Source: Sphingomonadales bacterium
Lineage (GTDB): Bacteria > Bacteroidota > Bacteroidia > UBA7662
Reading direction: 5' to 3'
NCBI GenBank assembly: GCA_016872215.1
Contig: VHAX01000010.1
Coordinates: 2,158-66,157 of the forward strand
DNA: 64,000 nucleotides
A program made the position numbers and the translations under genes. Below are positions 54,774 to 63,749 of the stretch, in pieces. The notes under the pieces are model-generated. The model saw nothing but the letters and a program-made list of their open reading frames with translations, searched no databases and was not told where the DNA came from. Within the stretch, counting starts at the first letter, position 1; every line of letters starts with the position of its first letter.

Positions 54774-56039
54774 TTAACCCTCATCCATTCCATATTCCTT
54801 GATTTTCCGGTACAAGGTTCGCTCCGATATCCCCAATTCCTGTGCAGCGTATTTGCGTTTGCCAGAATGCTTGCGCAACGCCTTGTCGATCATTCTACGT
54901 TCGACTTCCTCCAAAGAAAAATTCTCTTCGATATCCTCTACGGCCTGCTGATCCTCAAAAACCACCCGCCGCTGCATGGGGTGCGACAGGATCTCCGCCG
55001 ATCCTTGTAGAACGTCGGTTTCGGTTGACCCAACCGGCGTTTCAGGACGAGCCCACTCGGATGAAAGGTCGAAGGCCGTTCGGTTGGGCATCTCCACACC
55101 CGATTCTGCTGCCGATTGCATGAGCCGCGCCACCACCTGCTTAAGCTCATTGATGTCCTTCTTCATATCGAACAACACCTTATATAAAATGTCCCGCTCG
55201 CTCATGTCTTCTGACCCTACTGGCAGTCCCAAGGCGACCGGAAGCGAACGTGCAGCGGACTCTGCGGGCAGATAGCGGCGAACTTCATCACCCTGAATCA
55301 ACTGGCAAGGCGCAAGAACCGACATTTGTTCCGCCACATTCTTCAATTGCCGGATGTTGCCCGGCCACCGGTATCCGGCCAGAATTTCCTGAGCCTCAGC
55401 ATCAAGCTGCACGGGTTGGCTGCTGTAACGTTCCGCGAAATCGACTGCAAATCGCCTAAACAGCAGGGGAATATCGCCCGGCCGCTCGCGCAGTGCAGGG
55501 ATTTGAATGGCCACTGTACACAATCGGTAATAGAGATCCTCACGAAACCGGCCCTTTCTGATTTGCTCCAACAAATCGACATTGGTGGCGGTAATCACCC
55601 GCACATCCGTTTTCTGAACTTTACTGGAACCCACCTTGATGAACTCCCCCGACTCCAAAACCCTAAGTAAGCGGGCCTGAGTGCCAAGGGGCATTTCGGC
55701 CAACTCGTCGAGAAAAATTGTGCCCCCGTTTACCGTTTCGAAATAACCCTGTCGAGCTTCAAATGCACCAGTAAACGAACCCTTTTCATGCCCAAAAAGC
55801 TCAGAATCGATGGTTCCCTCCGGGATGGCACCACAATTCACGGCGATGAACCTGCCGTGTTTTCTGCGGCTTAACTGATGCAGGATTTTAGAGAACACCT
55901 CTTTGCCCACGCCGCTTTCCCCCGTTATAAGCACGGTGATATCGGTGGGGGCTACCTGTACGGCCGTGCTCAGTGCATGGTTCAGTGCTGCTGCGTTCCC
56001 GATTATGCCGAATCTTTGTTTTACAGAAGTCAATTCCAT
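54774..56039 (-). CDS. Sigma-54-dependent Fis-family transcriptional activator lacking an N-terminal receiver/sensor domain
   Basis: Begins directly with the AAA+ sigma54-interaction domain (GESGVGKE Walker A, GAFTGA-like ESELFGHEKGSFTGA, RFREDLYYRL), then a ~150-aa linker and a C-terminal HTH (LGISERTLYRKIKEYG). Confidence 0.85.
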   Translation of the reverse strand: MELTSVKQRFGIIGNAAALNHALSTAVQVAPTDITVLITGESGVGKEVFSKILHQLSRRKHGRFIAVNCGAIPEGTIDSELFGHEKGSFTGAFEARQGYFETVNGGTIFLDELAEMPLGTQARLLRVLESGEFIKVGSSKVQKTDVRVITATNVDLLEQIRKGRFREDLYYRLCTVAIQIPALRERPGDIPLLFRRFAVDFAERYSSQPVQLDAEAQEILAGYRWPGNIRQLKNVAEQMSVLAPCQLIQGDEVRRYLPAESAARSLPVALGLPVGSEDMSERDILYKVLFDMKKDINELKQVVARLMQSAAESGVEMPNRTAFDLSSEWARPETPVGSTETDVLQGSAEILSHPMQRRVVFEDQQAVEDIEENFSLEEVERRMIDKALRKHSGKRKYAAQELGISERTLYRKIKEYGMDEG

Positions 56040-56053
56040 GATCCTATGTCGTA

Positions 56054-57568
56054 CTAAACGATTCTGCTACACAACAGCGTGGCCTGCGTGCATGAATCTA
56101 CCCTAACCTTCACATACTCACCCGGCTGCGCACCCAATCCATCAAACACACACATCTTATTTTGGCTGTTGCGACCACACATTTGTTCCTTCGACTTACG
56201 CGATGGGCCTTCCACCAATACCTCAAAGATCTTCCCGACGTCGGCCCGGTTGTCGTCGAGCGACAATTCCGACTGCAAGGCTATAATCTCCTGCAATCGT
56301 CGGTTTTTAACCTCTGCGGGAACATCATCCGGGTATTTTCGGGCCGCCAGGGTTCCGGGGCGCTCCGAATAGGAAAACATAAAACTCATGCTGTAGCGTG
56401 CCAGACGCATCATACTGAGGGTATCGGCATATTGCTCCTCTGTTTCCCCGCAGAATCCGGCAATCACATCGCTTGTGATGGAACATTCCGGAACGATCCT
56501 TCGTATCGCGTTCAACCTGCCTGTATACCACGCACGATCATAGGTACGGTTCATGCGGCGAAGCACCACAGAATTACCGGATTGAACGGGCAAGTGTATG
56601 CATTTAGCAATGTTCGGGTAAGCGGCCATGGTATGCAACACTTCGTCGGTGATGTCCTTGGGGTGACTGGTGGAAAAACGAACCCGCAACAATGGGTCGA
56701 TGGTGGCCACCCGCTCGAGCAACTCAGCAAAGCGTACTTCAGTGGACTTTGATGAGACGGTCGATTCGGAGGATTCGCGAGAATGAAGCGAATCAGAAAA
56801 TCCGGAGGAGGTAGAGGATTCAGGCGACCAACAGTAGGAATCGACATTCTGACCCAACAGGGTAACTTCCCGATAGCCGCGGGCGAACAAATCGCGGCAT
56901 TCATCCACAATCGTTTGGGGATCGCGACTACGTTCGCGGCCCCTGGTGAAAGGTACCACGCAAAACGAACACATATTGTCGCATCCCCTCATAATCGTTA
57001 CGAAGGCCAGAACACCGCCGCCACCCAATCGCACCGGAGTGATGTCGGCATAGGTTTCCTCGCGCGACAACAAGACATTCACGGCAGGCTGCCCGCTTTC
57101 CACCTGTCGCAGTAGATTGGGCAGGTCTTTATAGGCATCGGGACCCACAACCAGATCTACAAGCTGCTCCTCCTCTAATAACTTCGCCTTGAGGCGTTCA
57201 GCCATACAACCCAACACGCCGATGGAAAGGTCTTTATTTTTGCGCTTCACCGCCCTGAATTCCTTGAGTCGACCCCTTACTTTTTGTTCGGCATGATCCC
57301 GAATTGAGCAGGTGTTGATGAACACCACGTCGGCCTCCTCTATCTGAGTAGTGGGTTGATATCCCTCGCCTGCCATAATCGACGCAACAATTTCACTGTC
57401 ACTGAAATTCATCTGACAGCCGTAGCTCTCCAGATACATTTTTTTTGCGGCAGAACTTTGTAGCGTGTCAGAATCCGCCGCTGCCGTGTATACCTCGCCC
57501 TGTCGCTGCTCATCGTGCGGCACCGCTTGGGACTTTGCAAATACGTTGCCTGAAAAGGGATTTGCCAT
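56054..57568 (-). CDS. miaB: tRNA (N6-isopentenyl adenosine-37) methylthiotransferase MiaB (radical SAM, MTTase) with Ser-rich insertion
   Basis: MTTase N-domain ([14 protein letters not shown]), radical SAM CxxxCxxC ([12 protein letters not shown]), and a TRAM domain. The start is set downstream of the TATCTTTG -7 box at 57575-57582. Candidate ATGs are 57568 (MANPF) or 57439 (MYLES). The ORF-track start at 57613 lies upstream of the promoter. Confidence 0.82.
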   Translation of the reverse strand: MANPFSGNVFAKSQAVPHDEQRQGEVYTAAADSDTLQSSAAKKMYLESYGCQMNFSDSEIVASIMAGEGYQPTTQIEEADVVFINTCSIRDHAEQKVRGRLKEFRAVKRKNKDLSIGVLGCMAERLKAKLLEEEQLVDLVVGPDAYKDLPNLLRQVESGQPAVNVLLSREETYADITPVRLGGGGVLAFVTIMRGCDNMCSFCVVPFTRGRERSRDPQTIVDECRDLFARGYREVTLLGQNVDSYCWSPESSTSSGFSDSLHSRESSESTVSSKSTEVRFAELLERVATIDPLLRVRFSTSHPKDITDEVLHTMAAYPNIAKCIHLPVQSGNSVVLRRMNRTYDRAWYTGRLNAIRRIVPECSITSDVIAGFCGETEEQYADTLSMMRLARYSMSFMFSYSERPGTLAARKYPDDVPAEVKNRRLQEIIALQSELSLDDNRADVGKIFEVLVEGPSRKSKEQMCGRNSQNKMCVFDGLGAQPGEYVKVRVDSCTQATLLCSRIV

Positions 57569-57574
57569 AAGCCG

Positions 57575-57582
57575 CAAAGATA
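57575..57582 (-). promoter_or_regulatory. -7 box TATCTTTG (TTATCTTTGCGGC) upstream of miaB
   Basis: TAnnTTTG on the minus strand, 6 nt upstream of the candidate ATG at 57568, implying a leaderless transcript or use of the downstream ATG. Confidence 0.45.
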
Positions 57583-57682
57583 ACTCAAAATGCGACAAAA
57601 TGTCAGTATTCAACCTAATGGTTGCATGTTACGTTAAAATTATTTATAATCGTGGCAAAATACTAATTCTAAACCCACTCTT

Positions 57683-59563
57683 ATGAACCGTTCACTACTC
57701 CTTCTTATTTCTGGATTGCTGCTTACGCCATGGCTGCATGCCCAAACCGCTCGCCTTCAGCTCTACGAAGTATTCTCGGGTGAAAATTGCCCACCATGCG
57801 CCCCCACGAATGTGTATTTGCACAATCTGGCGGTGCCAAACACGGAGAAGATCATCATGATCAAATATCAGGTGCCCATTCCTAGCGCAGGACCCATTTA
57901 TTTTCAAAACACAGTGGACCCAAGCGCACGTCGCACATACTACACCGTGAGTTCTGCGCCCAATGCCCGTCACGATGGCACCATTATCGGCAGCGGACAC
58001 GGAGCAAACCTGACACAAGCAATCATCGACCAACGGGTTTCGACTCCATCGCCATTCTCGGTGAACCTTTCGCACAGTTTCAACGGTAACCGCGACTCCG
58101 TTTTCATTACAATGACCGTTACTGCCAGTCAGGCCATCGCCTCCGGAAACTGGGTCGGACATCTGGCCCTCATCGAGAAGCATATGAGTTATGCCACGCC
58201 TCCCGGATCCAATGGTGAGACCAATTTCTACAATGTGGTCCGTAAAATGTACCCTAGTGCAAGTGGCACCGCCCTTCCCGGTACTTGGACATCCGGGCAA
58301 ACCGAAACGGTTACTATAGCAGCAGCTGTACCCACCTACATCCGTGACCTCGCTGAGGTGGCCGTTGTGGGATTTGTGCAGAACAACACCACCAAGGAAG
58401 TAGCCCAAACAGAAATTAGTGAGCCGCTTCCTGTGCCCCTATACTCGCAGGCCATATTCAACGATAATACATTCTATCGTTGCAATTCGGCTTTCAATCC
58501 GGTTTTGGCCGTTGAGAACTTGGGGACTACGACCCTCACCACCATGGCCATTCGCCAGATCATTGGCACCAATTCCCAGTTGATTCAGTGGACAGGAAGT
58601 TTGGCTTCTGGTTCTACTACCAATATCACACTGAATCCGGTAACCTTAGCTTCTGGCACATCGACCTACACGTTCCGGATCGACAGCATGAACGGGGTAA
58701 TTCACCCAAGCGCTGTGCGTTCGACCGTTACTGGCAGCCTCTACTTCAGCGCAAATACGGTTACTCAGGCTACAAATACGTTCACAGGTGCTTTCCCTCC
58801 CGCGAATTTCGCTGTTCGTAACCAGTCATCCGGAACCAACGGGTGGACGCAAGCCGTTCAGGGTGCGAATGGCTCTCAGCGCAGCGCACGCATCAACTTT
58901 TGGGATATTGCCGCAGGCGAAATCAACGACCTGTATCTGCCCCGCCTTAATTTGTCGGCCGTAGGCGCTGGCAATGCCCTGAAGTTCTACCTTGCCCATG
59001 CACAATACAACACCAGCAGTGCCGACCGTTTGGACATTGAAGTGTCGACCGACTGCGGCCTGAATTGGAGTCCACTCTACACCAACAGCGGTCCTTCACT
59101 CGCTACCGTTGCACCAGTGGGCACTGCGGGATACGTTCCCACGAGTGCGGCTGATTGGCGCCAGGAGTCGGTAAGCCTCGATCAGGTGGCCGGACAAGCA
59201 AACGTGCTCATTCGTTTCCGCGGAGTCAGCGATTACGGCAATAATCTGTATATCGACGAGATTAATGTTCCCGTTTCCACAGTAGCGGTTGAAGAAAACG
59301 AACGCGATGACTTGTCGGTTACTCTCTTCCCCAACCCAGCACGTGATCTTGCGACCTTGCGTGGTTTCAATCCCGAAAATGACGTCATCTCGATCACCCT
59401 GCGCAATGCTGTGGGTCAGGTGATTCTAGAGGAAGAAATGGGAGCTACCCATGGTGCCTTTGAGTTCAGCGTCCCCACAAGCATACTCAGCGAAGGCATC
59501 TATACGGCTGAAGTACGCTCAGGCAATCAGTTGTCGGTACGCCGACTGGTACGCCGCCGTTAA
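57683..59563 (+). CDS. Secreted T9SS cargo protein (type A C-terminal sorting domain), N-terminal CPPC motif, function unknown
   Basis: Signal peptide (LLLTPWLHAQ). LYEVFSGENCPPCAP sits at the mature N-terminus. The C-terminal ~85 aa (VTLFPNPARDLATL...GIYTAEVRSGNQ) look like a Por_Secre_tail. Confidence 0.72.
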   Translation: MNRSLLLLISGLLLTPWLHAQTARLQLYEVFSGENCPPCAPTNVYLHNLAVPNTEKIIMIKYQVPIPSAGPIYFQNTVDPSARRTYYTVSSAPNARHDGTIIGSGHGANLTQAIIDQRVSTPSPFSVNLSHSFNGNRDSVFITMTVTASQAIASGNWVGHLALIEKHMSYATPPGSNGETNFYNVVRKMYPSASGTALPGTWTSGQTETVTIAAAVPTYIRDLAEVAVVGFVQNNTTKEVAQTEISEPLPVPLYSQAIFNDNTFYRCNSAFNPVLAVENLGTTTLTTMAIRQIIGTNSQLIQWTGSLASGSTTNITLNPVTLASGTSTYTFRIDSMNGVIHPSAVRSTVTGSLYFSANTVTQATNTFTGAFPPANFAVRNQSSGTNGWTQAVQGANGSQRSARINFWDIAAGEINDLYLPRLNLSAVGAGNALKFYLAHAQYNTSSADRLDIEVSTDCGLNWSPLYTNSGPSLATVAPVGTAGYVPTSAADWRQESVSLDQVAGQANVLIRFRGVSDYGNNLYIDEINVPVSTVAVEENERDDLSVTLFPNPARDLATLRGFNPENDVISITLRNAVGQVILEEEMGATHGAFEFSVPTSILSEGIYTAEVRSGNQLSVRRLVRRR

Positions 59564-59584
59564 TTAATCCAACCCAAATGAAAC

Positions 59585-59614
59585 CGGGGTCTGACCGACC
59601 CTGGTTTTTTTTTG
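59585..59614 (+). terminator. Rho-independent terminator after the T9SS cargo gene
   Basis: ACCGGGG-tctgaccga-CCCTGGT hairpin with one G-U pair, followed by T9. Confidence 0.7.
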
Positions 59615-59793
59615 TCCCGCCCAACGATTAGTTCTGATTGTCGCACCCAACGATTAGTTTTGATTGTCGCACCCAACGATTAGTTTTGATTGTCCCGTCC
59701 AACAATTAGTTTTGATTGTCCCGTCCAACAATTAGTTTTGATTGTCCCGTCCAACAATTAGTTTTGATTGTCCCGTCCAACAATTAGTTTTGA
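59615..59793 (+). repeat. 26-bp tandem repeat array, about 7 copies (two sequence variants), each unit containing a TAGTTTTG -7 promoter box
   Basis: Three units are of type TCSCRCCCAACGATTAGTTYTGATTG and four are TCCCGTCCAACAATTAGTTTTGATTG, with exact 26-bp phasing. The last unit ends 21 nt before the fadD ATG. Confidence 0.9.
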
Positions 59794-59814
59794 CTAAAAT
59801 CCATAAACACTCCC

Positions 59815-61596
59815 ATGAGCATAACCCGCGTTTTCGACATTCTCGACCATCAAAAATCAACCCATGCCCTGCAAACGGCGCTGGCATGCAAGAAAAACGG
59901 ACGGTGGATCCACTATAGTACCGATGATTTTATAGAGCAGACCGGACGGGTAAGTCGCGGACTGCTTGCGGCGGGACTAAAGCCTGGGGATAAAATTGCC
60001 AATGTATCGAACAACCGTCCGGAGTGGAACATTCTGGATATGGGTATGTTGCAGGCAGGCATGGTGCATGTGCCACTCTACCCCACCATTACCGACGACG
60101 ACTACCGCTACATTTTGAAACACGCCGAGGCACGAATGGTGTTCGTGTCGAGTCGTGAGTTGTATGAACGGATCAACAAAATCGCGGTAGAAATCCCGGA
60201 AATTCTGGGGGTTTACACCTACGATGATGTTGAAGGGGCTCCCCATTGGAGCCAAATACCGGATCAGGCGGAACAAATTCCGGTCGCACAAGTGGATGCG
60301 ATCAAAGCAACTGTTCGTGCCGAAGATTTATTTACACTAATCTATACCTCTGGCACTACGGGTTTCCCGAAAGGCGTCATGCTCTCCCACAACAATGTAG
60401 TGAGCAACCTGCTTGCCTCATCCCCAAGGGTACCGTGCGAGGCAGGCGATAAATGCCTGAGTTTCCTCCCATTATGCCACATTTTCGAGCGGATGCTCAC
60501 CTACATGATGATGTATCGGTCGATTTCCATCTACTATGCAGAGAGCATGGAGACGATTGGCGAAAACCTGAAGGAAATAAAACCCGACTTTTTCTCTTCA
60601 GTGCCGCGCTTGCTGGAGAAGGTATTCGACAAAATTGTGGCCAAGGGCCACGAGCAAACGGGAATTAAGAAGAAATTGTTTTTCTGGGCTCTTAACCTCG
60701 GTTTGCGCTATGAATTGAACGGGGTCAACGGACTCTGGTATGAATGGCAACTGAAGATTGCGAACAAAATTATTTTCAGCAAATGGCGTGAGGCGCTGGG
60801 TGGACGGGTGAAGGCGATTGTGAGCGGTGCCGCAGCCTTGCAACCCCGCCTGGCCCGCATCTTCTGGTCGGCCCAGATTCCGGTTCTGGAAGGTTACGGT
60901 CTCACCGAAACCTCCCCTGTAATTGCAGTTAATAATCTGGCCACAATGCGGGTGGAGTTCGGATCCGTGGGTCCGGTACTGGAGTCGATTGAAGTCAAAA
61001 TCGCTGAAGACGGCGAGATTTGTTGTCGAGGCAGCAACGTCATGATGGGATATTACAAGAGCCCTGAGCTCACCGCCGAGGTGATTGACAGCGATGGCTG
61101 GTTTCATACGGGTGATATTGGCCGGTTCACCGAGCAGGGCAACCTGAAAATCACAGACCGCAAGAAGGAAATCTTTAAGACCTCAGGTGGAAAGTACATT
61201 GCCCCACAGGTAATGGAAAATCGCTTTAAGGAATCGGTCTACATCGAACAGTTGATTGTGGCCGGTGAGGGTCGGAACTTCCCGTCGGCCCTCATTACGC
61301 CGGCTTGGGAGACCCTTGCACTATGGTGCAAACAGGAAGGAATCGCGGTCGGGTCTCACCACGAGCTGATCAGAGATCCAAGAGTCGTTCAATTGTACCA
61401 GACGGAGATTGACCGCTATAACACCGGTTTTGGGCAGTGGGAACAAGTGAAACGATTCGCCATCCTGCCGGTATCCTGGGGTATCGACAGCGGCGAGTTG
61501 ACTGCCACCATGAAACTGAAGCGCAAGGTAATCATGGAGAAATACAAGGCCGATTACGAGGGCTTGTATGCCGATGTAGCCTCGGGTCAAATCTAA
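59815..61596 (+). CDS. fadD: Long-chain fatty acid--CoA ligase (AMP-dependent synthetase/ligase)
   Basis: AMP-binding motif LIYTSGTTGFPKGVMLSHNN and GYGLTETSP, with a C-terminal lid domain, in 593 aa. Confidence 0.85.
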   Translation: MSITRVFDILDHQKSTHALQTALACKKNGRWIHYSTDDFIEQTGRVSRGLLAAGLKPGDKIANVSNNRPEWNILDMGMLQAGMVHVPLYPTITDDDYRYILKHAEARMVFVSSRELYERINKIAVEIPEILGVYTYDDVEGAPHWSQIPDQAEQIPVAQVDAIKATVRAEDLFTLIYTSGTTGFPKGVMLSHNNVVSNLLASSPRVPCEAGDKCLSFLPLCHIFERMLTYMMMYRSISIYYAESMETIGENLKEIKPDFFSSVPRLLEKVFDKIVAKGHEQTGIKKKLFFWALNLGLRYELNGVNGLWYEWQLKIANKIIFSKWREALGGRVKAIVSGAAALQPRLARIFWSAQIPVLEGYGLTETSPVIAVNNLATMRVEFGSVGPVLESIEVKIAEDGEICCRGSNVMMGYYKSPELTAEVIDSDGWFHTGDIGRFTEQGNLKITDRKKEIFKTSGGKYIAPQVMENRFKESVYIEQLIVAGEGRNFPSALITPAWETLALWCKQEGIAVGSHHELIRDPRVVQLYQTEIDRYNTGFGQWEQVKRFAILPVSWGIDSGELTATMKLKRKVIMEKYKADYEGLYADVASGQI

Positions 61597-61629
61597 ATCA
61601 CACTTGCCCACACTATTTCCGTATTTTTG

Positions 61630-61705
61630 CGGGCTTCCGGATCCCGTAGCTCAATGGATAGAGCAACTGCCTTCTAAGCAGTAGGTTACTGGTTCGACCC
61701 CAGTC
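61630..61705 (+). tRNA. tRNA-Arg (anticodon TCT), CCA encoded
   Basis: GATCCCG/CGGGATC acceptor stem, anticodon stem ACTGC/GCAGT with loop CTTCTAA, and T-arm ACTGG-TTCGACC-CCAGT. It is 76 nt ending in GCCA. Confidence 0.85.
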
Positions 61706-61807
61706 GGGATCGCCATCATCGTTCTTTTTGGTTGGGTGTATTTTCCTCTAATCTGCCCTTTATTTCACAAATGCGGTTATCTTTGCACCCGCGTTTTCAA
61801 ACAGCCC

Positions 61808-61894
61808 GGTGAGATGGGTGAGTGGCTGAAACCAACAGTTTGCTAAACTGTCGTGCGGGTAACCGTACCCCGGGTTCGAATCCCGGTCTCACCG
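61808..61894 (+). tRNA. tRNA-Ser (anticodon GCT), long variable arm
   Basis: GGTGAGA/TCTCACC acceptor stem, anticodon loop TGCTAAA, variable arm hairpin GTGCGGGTAACCGTAC, and T-loop TTCGAAT. Confidence 0.85.
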
Positions 61895-61918
61895 CAACCT
61901 TTGACCCATGCGGTCAAA

Positions 61919-61992
61919 CGGGGTGTAGCGTAGCCCGGTATCGCGCCTGCTTTGGGAGCAGGAGGCCGTCAGTTCGAATCTGGCCACCCCGA
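61919..61992 (+). tRNA. tRNA-Pro (anticodon TGG)
   Basis: CGGGGTG/CACCCCG acceptor stem, anticodon stem CCTGC/GCAGG with loop TTTGGGA, and T-arm GTCAG-TTCGAAT-CTGGC. Confidence 0.85.
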
Positions 61993-62003
61993 CTTGATAA
62001 TCA

Positions 62004-62040
62004 GGGAGTTAGCAATCCAATTTGATAGCTCCCTTTTTTA
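62004..62040 (+). terminator. Putative terminator after the tRNA cluster
   Basis: GGGAG...CTCCC imperfect hairpin followed by TTTTTTAT. Confidence 0.45.
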
Positions 62041-62568
62041 TGTGCATACAATTTGCATACAGAAGGCGTCAAAACCTCAATCGTCCAATCTTGCTCAAAC
62101 GCTGGTGATGGTCTTACCAAATACTGATAGCGAAAAGGGCATCGAAAGTAGCAGGTGGCTCATAAAACAAAGGAAATGCTCGTCGGGCTTCTTACGCAAT
62201 CACGCTGTGAGGTGATTGTAACTTTGCTTGAATGAGATTTTAAGCCATCCACGATAAATTTCTTTTTTGTTTATCTTTCGGCAGTTGTTTTTACCTGAAA
62301 GCGATACTGCTGCGGACTAATCAAACAACCGACAACAACGTAATATCTATGGACATCAAAGACCAAATCAAACAATTAGTGGACGGTATGGCGCTAGCAA
62401 CATCAGCAATATCAAGAGAAATTGCGGGTGATAAGTTGGCAACTTGCAATTTATTATTAACTATAATTGGAATAAAACTTCGCTTTTACATCTGATTCGG
62501 GTGTATAAGCGATATAAAACTTCGCGTATAAACAAGTTATAAACAATTTAATTTAAACAAGAATAGAA

Positions 62569-63126
62569 ATGACAAAACTGAAATCAACTGCGAGCGGAGT
62601 ATGCGCCCCATACCCCAACTACCGAACCAAAACCTTACTACGTGCCATGACTTATGCCGTGTGGCTGTTGCTGGTGGTGTCGGCATGCAAAAAAGAGAAT
62701 GACCAAAATGACCCTAATCCCTTGTTGGTTTACGAAGTAGCACTGGACGCCTTTGTAGCGGATTTGCAGGCACAACCTCTCGATTCTGCTGGCCTTTCCG
62801 CTCGGGTACGGGATTATTTGGCGCCCAAATCGGAGAGTTTCTTTGGTGCCACCGTGGCGCTATTGGACAGCACCGGAAAGGCGTACTACAGCCCCTATTG
62901 GTACCGCCTGAACGATATCTTGGCTCTGAAAAACTTGGCAGACTCGGCCTATCAAATAGACGAACAAGCGTGGCTGCGCCAGCCTATAGACAGTGGTTAT
63001 GCCATTTGGACCGAGCCTTATTTTGATGCCGGAGGTGGCGAGGTGTGGATGAGAACACGCGCCGTTCCGGTAGTCGTAAACAGCGAAATAGTGGCTGTGG
63101 CCACCACAGATGTAAAAGTGCAATAA
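62569..63126 (+). CDS. Putative lipoprotein with single Cache-like ligand-binding fold
   Basis: Probable lipobox VVSAC (the start may be MTYAV at 62647). The C-terminal EPYFDAGGGEVWMRTRAVPV resembles the Cache-domain pYfD...G..viT...Pv motif. No transmitter domain is attached. Confidence 0.45.
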   Translation: MTKLKSTASGVCAPYPNYRTKTLLRAMTYAVWLLLVVSACKKENDQNDPNPLLVYEVALDAFVADLQAQPLDSAGLSARVRDYLAPKSESFFGATVALLDSTGKAYYSPYWYRLNDILALKNLADSAYQIDEQAWLRQPIDSGYAIWTEPYFDAGGGEVWMRTRAVPVVVNSEIVAVATTDVKVQ

Positions 63127-63150
63127 TCGTAACCCAACTAAAACCATAGA

Positions 63151-63690
63151 ATGATGAAAAAAGCAATGTACATTTTGACCATCTCCTTCGCCCTTGCCAT
63201 AGCAATGACGGGCTGCAACTCTTCGAGCAACGAGCAAGTGCGGAACACCGACTCCGATTCATTGCTCCTTGCGGCTGAACAAGGCATCCGAGAAGCCAAC
63301 GACCGACTGTATGTAGGATTGAACGACATGTTTGAAGGCGACATGCAAGTGCTGAATGCGCTGTGGTCGCACAGCGAATCAACTACGTACATGGGGCCTT
63401 TTGGCGGTTCTATCACGGGATGGACTGCAATAAGGGAAGATTTTAACAAGGTGGCAGCCATGAAATTGGGCGGGAAAATTACAGGCAGCAACGTCCATGT
63501 GTTTCCGGGAACAAACATAGGCTACACAACCTGCGTGGAAGTGGGCGAAAACATAAGCCCGGATGGCACGCCGGTAGAAGTAAGCCACCGCGCTACCAAT
63601 ATTTTTCAACTGCAAGAGGGCCAATGGCGATTGATTCACCACCACACCGACATTTCCACCCAACTGGAAACGGCATTCGAAAAGGATTAG
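63151..63690 (+). CDS. NTF2-like (DUF4440/SnoaL-like fold) lipoprotein
   Basis: Lipoprotein signal (AIAMTGCNSS), then a ~150-aa domain. The fold call is by pattern only. Confidence 0.5.
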   Translation: MMKKAMYILTISFALAIAMTGCNSSSNEQVRNTDSDSLLLAAEQGIREANDRLYVGLNDMFEGDMQVLNALWSHSESTTYMGPFGGSITGWTAIREDFNKVAAMKLGGKITGSNVHVFPGTNIGYTTCVEVGENISPDGTPVEVSHRATNIFQLQEGQWRLIHHHTDISTQLETAFEKD

Positions 63691-63749
63691 CTTTAATTAA
63701 GCGAGAATAAAAGAATATTAGTTCAAGAAATTTATCCTATACTTTCACT

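Noticed and set aside
54774-56039. Two-component response regulator (NtrC-type) call for the sigma54 activator
   Set aside because: No receiver domain or phospho-acceptor Asp region precedes the AAA+ domain, so it is called as a receiver-less bEBP.
59615-59793. Possible CRISPR array or MITE (26-bp repeats)
   Set aside because: The repeats are perfectly phased head-to-tail without spacers, and each carries a promoter -7 box. That fits an iterated promoter or operator, not CRISPR.
61600-62560. Integrase or prophage insertion at the tRNA-Arg/Ser/Pro cluster
   Set aside because: There is no integrase, recombinase or phage-like ORF in the 2 kb downstream, and only small spurious ORFs overlap the tRNAs (for example 61822..62025 and 61952..62215). 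Island status remains a weak inference only.
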